Shown here piece by piece: positions 46,524-54,100 of a DNA stretch of 64,000 nucleotides; the first letter of the stretch is position 1; every line of letters begins with the position of its first letter. The stretch is taken from positions 7,130,001 to 7,194,000 of the forward strand of contig CM035357.1 in the NCBI GenBank assembly GCA_020137815.1, read 5' to 3'. The notes under the pieces are model-generated. The model worked only from the letters and a program-made list of their open reading frames with translations, did no database searches and had not been told where the DNA came from. This stretch comes from Hormiphora californensis. Lineage: Eukaryota; Animalia; Ctenophora. A program made the position numbers and the translations under genes.

Positions 46524-49500
46524 TCTCACTCTCTCTCTCTCTCTCTCTCTTTCTTTCTCTCGAGAAGTCATAAAGAGGGTCGGATAACCACTCATCGCTC
46601 TTCTTTCTGCCTTCGAGAGCTAGATGAAGACAGGGGGCCGAAGAGAGACGAGATCGGCTAGGGGGATTAGAAGCAGCGCTAGAGACAGCGGCAGGGAGAG
46701 GGGGCGTAGTGACCGAGAGAGAGAGAGGAGAGAGAGAGAAGAGAGACGAGAGTGAGACGTAGGGCGCCATGCGAGAGAGAGAGAGACCGAGTAGTGAGAC
46801 CGAGAGAGAGAGAAGAGAGAGAGAAGAGAGAAGAGAGAGAGAGAGAGAGAGAAGAGGAGAGAGAGTAGAAAAGAGAGAGAGATAGAGAGACAGAGCATAC
46901 ATACTCCTACTTACTCCGAACTAGTGCATCTGCTCTATCTTCTCATTCTCCTCTCTCTCCTCTCTCTCCCTCCTAGCTCTCTACTCTCTCTCTGCCCTCT
47001 CTCTCTCTCTCGGCCTCGCGAGGGTACATGTGAATAACTGTGACAAGGTTTAGCTGAATTAGCTTGGAATCCACTTGAGAATGGACCCGTAGAAATGTTC
47101 CTGCTGGACTTGTTTTTCATTATCAGGGACTAGGGACAGAAAGAGAATGTGTGAGATTTTGAGAGGGAGAGAGTCAATTCTTCTATCTCTAGCAGGGCTC
47201 CATCAGCAATTGTTCAATTTCGGATTTACCAAAACAAAGGACGTGATTTTATTCCAATTTGTTTCTTTACTTTATATTCTCACATTTGTTCGAAGTTTTA
47301 GATGACCCAGGAGATCTCATCGATTCCCAAACCTCCGAGTCCGCACCCCCCCCCCCCCCCCCCCATTCCACATTACATTCACACTTCATATCTCCACCCC
47401 TATTGGTTGAAAACGGGTCACATTGAATGTCACATGATACCGTTTGAACCACTGACAGGAACTCTAAATGAAGCCATATCAATGGTAGTGTATAACAGAA
47501 AGACCCTCATTCAGATCATGGGAGCTTGAGCACCGCGGTGATTATCATCACCTCATTATCCTGTAGACCCCTCTTTCGTTACCATGGGAACAATGGTACG
47601 GTGCTCAAGCTCTTCATTTTGTTGTAGCCTCTATACACCTGCACTGCAGGAGCTCCTTCTACGGTACCGTAACTTAAGATGGGATAGTGCATGTCATTAG
47701 TTAGACTGATGATGTCAGTGTTCCCTAATCCAGCTACCAATACCAGTTACCCGAAAGTCGCCCGTAGGGCGAACGGGTTTACTAGTTTACTTAATTAATG
47801 ATTAATTAACGTGGTGAGATAGAAAATTGATTTTATTCTACTCGCACTAACGCAAGGGCATTTCACAGTTTGGTGCCGTTATTTTTGTCTCTAGATTTAA
47901 AATATGTTAGCAACTTGCCGGTTCGACAAACTAAACCCCTAAAATTTCAACTTCGGGTCGGACGAGGGGAAGCTTGCCTTTTGCGAACATTGATTAGTTA
48001 CAACGGTGTTAAATCGGAACCGATAATAAATGACGCCACTCAACTTACCATTTTCAGTGATCGTAGGATCTTGAATGTCCTGATATATTTGGCGATTTGA
48101 GATATCACATCCCTATTACCACTACTATTAGTTCCTCCACTTGATATCATCATCTGGAGAATCTCAGGAATCGCAGACTGAAAATAAAATATTGTCAGTG
48201 GTAGAAAAATAAAACCTATAATTGTTATTTTCCAGTTTTCATCAGTGTGAATTTTATTTCCAAAAGAAGAAGAAAAGAGGCGCATTTTAATTCAAAGAGT
48301 CAACTACAAGATATAATTTAGCACATGTGTTCATGTCTGCAGACTCCATCGCCACACATCACAGTTCCACAAGAACACTCTCCGCAATCCTCCCCATCCT
48401 CTCCATCCTCTTTCTCATCCCTCCACTCAGGATCAGTATCATCCTGCCCTGTTTTAGACATCATTACCATGTGCCCATAGTTGAATATCTCACACCCACT
48501 GTGTGTCCTATCCCACTGAAAGTAGCCCTTGTCGCCCCAATCCGCTCCCCAGCTGTTCCGGAATATCACAGAGTTGGGGGTGTACCCTACAGCCGCTACA
48601 GCGTGATACCCCCGGAAATCTGTATAACAAGTTTCATCTTTGAATACTCCACTTTTGTAGCTGTAAAACGCGGTTGAGACACGGTAACCTACAGCAACGA
48701 CACCACCAGCCAGACCTTGGACAAGGTTGTTTACACCCGATCCGACATGGTAGTAATCAGATAGGACCGCTGCTTGGTAACCATTGGGGACGTTGCCATA
48801 GCTACAGATATCATCACGAGCCAAGTAAGGAGCTGATATCGTGGTGGCAAGACGGCCTGCTTTAATGGAATACTTCCACCCGTTAGTAATCCAACCACCC
48901 CTACAGGAGTCTCGTGCATCATCATAACTACAGTCCAACATCTCTTTCTCACTAAACTGCTTCAGTTTCCCAGTGACCTGAGCGTATGTCGTCTCAAGGG
49001 GAGCTACCGCAGAGAAGGCCCAGCAACTTCCACAACTCTCCTGATCCTTTACACCGGTAGAGAGATGACGCCAATCCATTGAGACCGGTGGAACTGGGTT
49101 ACCTTCCTCTCCTGAGAGACGCATCGTATCCATGGTGACGAGAGAGGTCATATTGACACCAAGATATCGTTCCTTCTCTCCAAGTGTCATGATAGAGAAC
49201 TTGTTGATACTCTCTGTCCACTGTTGGTTGTTAAATGCTGTGATCCGTTCCAACTCGGACCGTAGTAGTCTCAATCGAAGGGGCAGTTCTGCACGAGATG
49301 TTGTACCGTGAGTGAGATCGTTGTAAAGGCTAAGGAGCTTCGATGGACTGCGAAGGGCGCTGAGGTACCGATCTGTTTGGGCGGCGTTAGCAACACCTAG
49401 CAACAGTAGAAACAGAAACATGTTGTTGAAAAGTGAAATGAAGTTTTGTAAAAGGTGTGGTGTCTTTTATAAAGAAGTGGTAACGTGGTTAGTATTCAAT

Positions 49501-50960
49501 TTAGAAGTGTGACAATGGGGTTTAAAAGTGAAACAGATGTGCGAGAGGAGTGGCAGGTGCGAGTGGGATTAGAATAGAAGTGAATATTGTGTTTGTACTC
49601 AATTTACGTTATAAATTGACCAATTGAATCATTAACTTATGAGTTGGCCTCTTTGTTAAGAGACTAACGACTATGAGAAGAAAGAACTCCACTTTCTAAA
49701 ATATCACATACCACAACGGTGACTAAAAAGTCAAAGATATTCCAGCCGTTGCTCCAAAAATCCGCAAAGTTATCCATCCACTTGAGGAGGATTTCAAGGA
49801 TGAACATGAACAGTGAAAACAGGTCGAACATTTCAAGAATGGAGTGAAGGTGTGTGTACACCTCGGGTGTTCGTGGTAGTTCTGGTTTGGGTGGGTGTGA
49901 AATGAGTGAACTGACTAGATGGGAAAAGTTTGGTTTGGTGGAATACACAAACAATGTTGCCATGGTAAACAGTGTTACTAATTACCATGGTAACCAATGT
50001 TGATAATTACCATGGTAACCAATGTTGATAATTACCATGGTAACCAATGTTGATAATTACCATGGTAACCAATGTTGATAATTACCATGGTAACCAATGT
50101 TGATAATTACCATGGTAACCAATGTTGATAATTACCATGGTAACCAATGTTGATAATTACCATGGTAACCAATGTTGATAATTACCATGGTAACCAATTA
50201 CCTGATTGCATTCCCATGACAACAGAGTTTCCAATAATCAGCAGCAACATGAAATACTGGAACCTATCATCTGCAAACGAGATATTTTAGAAATCTCACA
50301 TCATTCATGTTGCGGACGAGGAATGGAAACATACACTAATATGGTTGGGATTGAATAAAGCAAATGAGCAACCAAACCAGAATATATAGCTAGACGGTTA
50401 CTTACTCTCGACAATCCATTTGCACCAAACTCCAAAGGGTAACCGGTTCCTATTCTGAACATACAGCAACCTTCGGTCAACTTTAAGGGATTCAGCTCTC
50501 TCAGATGTCTTGTAAATAACAAAACTAACAGGCTGTGTTGGACTCTCAATCAAGATCTTGTTTCTAACACCATTATCTGAGGAAAGAGGAAAACAATTAT
50601 TCGGGGCCGCCGCTGGACTCGTTATATTGTTAGGTTGGAGAATTGGAGCAATAATGTCCTTGATAATAGATCAGGTAACTGGCGATGGTAGACGTACCCA
50701 TAATATCGTTTGAGTTATGAACGGGAGCACGGACTCGTCCGCCAGTTAGGGTATCGTTCAGCCGGAATTCGTCAATTATAGCCGTCCTGGAAAGTGAAAT
50801 GGGGAGGGTTTAGGGGTCTGCTGAAATCGTGAACAATGTCAGTCTAACATCAATTCTACCTTTCTTACCGGAAAAAGACTGCATTTTTGGGGAGTTCCTC
50901 AAAGCTGTCAAAGTGAAGTAATTTCTTAAACCTGGCCGCCTCAGACAGAGGGGCAGTCAT
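27438..50960 (-). CDS. CATSPER2: Cation channel sperm-associated protein 2 (CatSper alpha subunit), 10 exons, ~489 aa
   Basis: Phase-consistent GT/AG exons: 50960-50869, 50786-50698, 50576-50406, 50270-50202, 49881-49712, 48177-48049, 28908-28736, 28615-28443, 28245-28077, 27672-27438 (1470 nt). Motifs match CatSper2: FILEILLKWMDNF..FWSNGWNIFDF, S4 KYIRTFKILRSLKM, pore LFTMDQWYALL, S6 YIILWVLFGSFIFKNIFVGIMVNNFQDI, C-terminal WPKELLYRYYIVMEKIALNLQE. Confidence 0.9.
27677..28005. repeat. G-rich minisatellite (GGGGAGTAGAGA-like, 12-17 bp units) filling the last CATSPER2 intron
   Basis: Tandem degenerate units visible directly. Confidence 0.9.
28964..29401. mobile_element. MITE with 18-bp TIRs
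   Basis: AGTGAGACCCCATACTTC ... GAAGTATGGGGTCTCACT; a third terminus copy at ~29458. TSD not resolved. Confidence 0.55.
30000..30141. repeat. (GAGT)n microsatellite
   Basis: Perfect tetranucleotide run. Confidence 0.98.
30208..31749 (-). mobile_element. ORF1-only non-LTR retroelement (1.54 kb)
   Basis: 3' (ATTG)n tail at ~30206-30227, candidate TSD AAGCA (30203-30207, 31750-31754), short tandem repeats at the 5' end, single ORF1-type gene and no RT. Confidence 0.65.
30585..31599 (-). CDS. LINE ORF1p-like protein (coiled coil + RRM-like + CTD), probable frameshift at ~31389
   Basis: Motifs NLIVYGLTE, RLGR..RPVRVVL, VYISPDRTVEERTERRDL typical of CR1/L2-group ORF1. ORF 31599-31330 joins ORF 31388-30585 if one base is removed (KKVKL|LQDMAG). 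Confidence 0.72.
31863..32033. mobile_element. Short MITE family with GCTTGTAGTGG TIRs (relatives at 37583-37769 and partial ~38715-38805)
   Basis: CGCTTGTAGTGG...CCACTACAAGCG; internal TTACCGTATCTC..TTCCCACTACAAGC shared between copies. Confidence 0.5.
32330..32995 (+). repeat. ~115-bp direct repeat (32340-32455 / 32880-32990) flanking a low-complexity CG/GA tract
   Basis: CCCCCGATAATTACG.TGTTCAGACTCTC...AAAACAGTTAAATACCACAGCATAGGGAT.TCAGACTC.AATCTCAGCGG occurs twice. Confidence 0.7.
33098..36530 (+). pseudogene. LDLa/Cys-rich ectodomain class-A GPCR (GRL101/RXFP-like), 2 exons, frameshift at ~33979; nested antisense in CATSPER2 intron 6
   Basis: Signal peptide, LDLa repeats (CDLKDDCGDGSDENNC, CDGVVHCRDFSDEC), 7TM motifs ICLGDFMVGIYL, C.FLGVLST.GSQLSLF, TDFFCWIP, PINSVINPLLY. 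Intron 35840-35946 (GT..AG, phase 1). Adding one A in GAAAT restores PENIFCNNGQDQTNCSDPERV. Confidence 0.85.
37039..37127. mobile_element. Partial copy of the ~110-bp hAT-type MITE with CCAAT/E-box core
   Basis: AACCAATCAGAACT.GTTATTTAGGTCACGTGACTGGTTATCAGCCAATCAGGGACCAGTA...GGTCGGTTCCTG; reverse complement of 62520-62629. Confidence 0.75.
37908..38212. repeat. ~140-bp-arm inverted repeat inside a Helentron/HINE-like non-autonomous element
   Basis: Arms 37908-38046 and 38073-38212; TTGAAATTTGGCA motif; 13-bp perfect hairpin TCTGGTCCGGCTC-GAA-GAGCCGGACCAGA at ~38473-38501. Confidence 0.55.
39190..41710 (+). CDS. Secreted C-type lectin domain protein, 3 exons, ~227 aa; nested antisense in CATSPER2 intron 6
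   Basis: Exons 39190-39256 (signal peptide MAVVNHPSFALLLCTALIASVSG), 39393-39604 (CKPGWKKFQGKCY), 41306-41710 (EAEELCNRDNGHM...WIHLGY...KWWIGNCGERQPWFCE). Phases are consistent. Confidence 0.8.
39710..39881. mobile_element. Tc1/mariner (pogo-like) MITE
   Basis: TA|CAGTCGGACCCCGATTTAACGG...CCGTTAAATCGGGGTCCGACTG|TA; internal TAAATCGGGG repeats. Confidence 0.85.
39950..40144. repeat. Inverted repeat with ~65-bp arms
   Basis: TACCAAAACTAATTGAAATTAGTAGGCCGGAAAGGTTGCCC... mirrored at 40079-40144. Confidence 0.8.
41708..41779. mobile_element. Partial copy of the CCAAT/E-box hAT-type MITE abutting the lectin stop codon
   Basis: TAAACAACCAATCAGAACTCGTTATTTAGGTCACGTGACTGGTTATCAGCCAATCAGGGACCAGTATTTC. 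Confidence 0.75.
41892..42638. mobile_element. Older MITE with ~200-bp diverged TIRs
   Basis: GGGCGATAACTAAAAGAT... / ...ATCTTTTAGTTATCACCC, TA-flanked; mismatched arms. Confidence 0.65.
42690..44855. mobile_element. Non-autonomous TIR element (Merlin- or MULE-like) made of 11-bp GGCGCC repeats
   Basis: TIR GGTAGTATGAAAGATTAGGTCGTGCGCGCC, ~300-bp arms; 8-bp TSD GTAAATCC (42682-42689, 44856-44863); 11-bp units with a 200-bp higher-order repeat. Confidence 0.88.
45116..45276. mobile_element. Small inverted-repeat element with internal hairpins
   Basis: ATAACCACGGCTAGTAAAGTGATGAAATTTGATA ... TATCAAATTTCATCCCTCTACTAACCGGGGTTAT, enclosing internal stems. Confidence 0.5.
45289..47631. mobile_element. 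Foldback element with ~600-bp TIRs (Sola-like termini)
   Basis: TATA|GAGGCTACAAC...GTTGTAGCCTC|TATA; arms ~45289-46470 and ~47020-47631; (CT)n/(GA)n spacer. Confidence 0.7.
45529..46108. mobile_element. MULE-like MITE nested in the left arm, with an internal TTAGGG-like tract
   Basis: TIRs GGTGTGCGGACTCTAGTGCTA / TAGCACTAGAGTCCGCCCACC; 9-bp TSD GGGGTGGAG (45520-45528, 46109-46117); the mirror arm at ~47392 is empty. Confidence 0.85.
47745..47786 (+). mobile_element. Helitron 3' terminus
   Basis: GC hairpin TCGCCC-GTA-GGGCGA (47758-47772) followed 9 nt later by CTAG|T. Confidence 0.55.
48318..49421 (-). CDS. Papain-family (C1A) cathepsin L-like cysteine protease, intronless, nested in CATSPER2 intron 5
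   Basis: Signal peptide, prodomain (INKFSIMT), QESCGSCWAFS, YHAV, RNSWG..WGDKGY; Cys-rich C-terminal tail CGECSCGTVMCGDGVCRHEHMC. Confidence 0.93.
   Translation of the reverse strand: MFLFLLLLGVANAAQTDRYLSALRSPSKLLSLYNDLTHGTTSRAELPLRLRLLRSELERITAFNNQQWTESINKFSIMTLGEKERYLGVNMTSLVTMDTMRLSGEEGNPVPPVSMDWRHLSTGVKDQESCGSCWAFSAVAPLETTYAQVTGKLKQFSEKEMLDCSYDDARDSCRGGWITNGWKYSIKAGRLATTISAPYLARDDICSYGNVPNGYQAAVLSDYYHVGSGVNNLVQGLAGGVVAVGYRVSTAFYSYKSGVFKDETCYTDFRGYHAVAAVGYTPNSVIFRNSWGADWGDKGYFQWDRTHSGCEIFNYGHMVMMSKTGQDDTDPEWRDEKEDGEDGEDCGECSCGTVMCGDGVCRHEHMC
49465..49471 (-). promoter_or_regulatory. Candidate TATA box of the nested cathepsin
   Basis: TATAAAA about 45 nt upstream of the ATG at 49421. Confidence 0.45.
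49960..50200. repeat. 25-bp tandem repeat (ATTACCATGGTAACCAATGTTGATA), ~9 copies, in CATSPER2 intron 4
   Basis: Exact tandem units containing the palindrome TTACCATGGTAA. Confidence 0.95.
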
Positions 50961-51155
50961 GGCTAAAGGTAGGAAAGAGGGGGTAAAGTGAGTTAGGAGC
51001 GGAGAATTATCTGGGCACGGGTATCGTAGGGGCCTTTGCCCAAGGGTATGAAGAAAACAGCTGGTAAGAAAATGAAAAAAGAAAAAATACAAAAATACAA
51101 AATACATCTCATACAAAAATAACGAAATCACACTGCAAAACTCAAATACACAATG

Positions 51156-54100
51156 TTAGATGCCAACAACAGATCCCTTCAACTCGCCTACATTTCTCTG
51201 CCAGTACACAAGCCACTTGTCCGCACTGACTCTCTGTCCCTCAATCACTCTCCCCACCTCCGCCAACAACTTCTCGTGCAGTTTGTTCACCCTAACAACA
51301 GCCCGGGCACTTTCAGTGGCAACGTTTGAGTACAGTTTACTTTCCAACAGTTCAATTTCTGGGACTTCCTCCGCAAACAACCCCATGAGAGTTCGTGGAG
51401 ACAACTCGGGGACATTCAAACACGCCTGATGGACAACACCTCGGAATTTGGTCCGGGTTATCCGGCGAATATACCCCGGGATCATTGTTATATCGGCCAA
51501 GTTATAGAGACGGGTTCGGTACTGCTCGATTTCAGTCATTGTATCAGTTTTGATGGTGATCAACTTCTCGAAAAGTGCTGATTTGGATGTGATCAGCTGA
51601 ACCTTTGTCTCCTCAATAAGGACCTGCACCTCAGCGTCAAGCTTGTCAAGGATATCGTGGTTACCAGGATGAGCAAGAGCTGGTTTGAGCTGACTGAAAA
51701 AGTGCCTTTTTTGGTCGTCGACAGTGCCGATTATTCTGTTCAGCTGGATATCAAATTGGCACTTCACCGCAGTGGCTTCTTTCTCGTGGAATGTTGAAAT
51801 TGATCCAAAAACTCGGGCAGAGAAGAGAACTTGTTTTGCATTCAGCTGATGAATGGATGTTTTCACTTTTTCCACTCCCTCATCGCAAAACTTCAACACT
51901 TTCTTCAGGTTCTTCTGAATGTCCAACTCAAACGTTTTTGCAGCCTCATCGGCATCCTTGGGCATACTTTTCTTGGGTATGATGAGGTTCTTTTGCCGGA
52001 AGAAGATCTCCGACATGATCACAAATTCCTCCAATGTCTGTCGCATGTAAAACTTGGTTTTCTCCGAGACAGAAACGATGATGTTACTCACAACATTTAT
52101 ATCGTACGATCTCTGTTTCAGACAGAAAAATCCGATTGGATCGAACAACATTTCCTTCATGGTCATGTCATCAGTTTTGTTGAAGTCGTACACCGTTATT
52201 TCCTTATTGCTTGATGCATTGCTGTCAGTCTTCATCAGGAACTCTGCAGTTCGAATCAAACTGAAAGTTTTCTCCATATCAGCTTGATCGCTCGATGTCC
52301 TTCTTTCAACTCCTTTCACTGGTGTGTTCCGACCCCGACCAGGGGTTCTCCGTCCACCACTAGAGCTACCAGGGGAGGGTGTCCGGGTGATAGCAGGTAG
52401 GATAACTGACTCCTTCCTGTCAGAAGACGCTGAGGTGGAAGTGCTGCTGATTTTAGGTAAACTTCCCAGACTCGGGTCAGCAGTTGAGGGTCGAGACAAT
52501 GATTTAGTTGATTGAACCCGGGGTGAAGTTTCACGACTAGAACGGCTTGAACTTTCCTCTCCTCGGCCTCCTCCTCTCCTCGCCGACTTGCCCATTTCTG
52601 CAATCTGTGGAAGATATTTGCGAAGTTGTTCGAGATTCTTTTTGCTTACCCTCGAGTTACTTCTCTCTCTCAGCTTGGCACAAGCAGAATGAACTATCGC
52701 AAGATGTTCCTCTTCCGACCTCGTGCTGTCCTTTTTTCCTGACTCAATGGCACGATTTAACCAGAAACCTGGCATGTTATTTCCCAGGTGTTCCCTCAGT
52801 TTCTGCATCTTCGGGTTTACTTTCGGTGGTTCAAACCGAACTCCAACGCCATACCTACACCTTATTCTCCCAGAGACAAACTCCTTGACGATTTTAATTC
52901 GTGGCGTCTTCCAATTTGCATCTGCTTTTGGGATCGTGTCACTTGGTGTCACATTTTTGGACGTCTTTTTAGCTGCATCCATGATTTCCTTGATGAAAGT
53001 CGCATCAAAACTTGGATTGGCCCCCTTTTCAAACTTCCAGTATCGCCGATCAAGTCGGTCCATGGAAACACACGGCTCAGCCGCATCCCCAACACCCGAG
53101 CTGTAGTTAAACATGTTGAGAAGTGCCTTGGCCTGAACGTACAACTTTGTGTAATCGTTCACTTGTTCCAAAAGTTGGGCTCTATCCTCAATGGGTTTAT
53201 CCGATAGAAACCTTTCCACGGCCTTCTCAAACAGGGCCATCTCTTTCTTCGAGCCCACCGCCTCACTCTTTATCTTCATCTTCGTTTGTTTTAAAATCTC
53301 GTGCCTCCGCTCCAGGTAGAACACACAAAAGAGGGTCCGTTTGTAGTGGGATAAACTGATTCCCCCTTGCTCGATTACAGTTTCCTTCTTAGAATGTTCC
53401 TTACCCGCTCGAACCACCATATCCTCAGCCAACTCACTAAATTCATCAAACTCGTTCTTTATCTTTAGGTTGTTTGAGAATTTCAGGTTGTTCTGGTCAG
53501 CGTAGTTCATCAACTTGATGTGTTCGTCCCGAATATACGTCTTGTGATGGAGTATGTTTGCCTGAAACTCACCAATAGCTTTATCCAGCGATTCTTTTGC
53601 TGTTTCCTGCTTGGCGGCGATTTGAGGTGCGATGGACATTAGCTCCACACTGCTATCAATACTAGAGACGCTTTGTCCAAGGTTCTTCATTTCTAATTTG
53701 AACTCCTCCACGATTTTCTCAGTATTCTGACACAGCTCTCCAAACAGTTTGGTGTATTTCTTCTCGCCACACGTCACCTCGTCCCAAAACAAATCAATCT
53801 GCTGTCGGAAGGACTCAATCTCCGCCTTACGATGTGCGTAATTCTCGTTTTTTATCTGCTGCAACCGATCACCATGGACATCTCTCCTCAGCTGAGCCTC
53901 AGCTTTTACTTTACTAAGTGCAGTCTCAGCATTATTCTTTACAGTCTTGAGGTAGCAACTCCGGAGACGATTAAATGCAGTGATAGTGACCCGGGCACAC
54001 GTGTCTTTGAAACTTGTAACACACTCAAAACAGTCATCGGCCGTATCCACTCTCAGATAGACGGTGTCTGATTCAACGAAACTGTGGAGAGGATTTGACG

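Noticed and set aside
49960-50200. Palindromic 25-bp repeats as CRISPR
   Set aside because: Head-to-tail identical units with no spacers.
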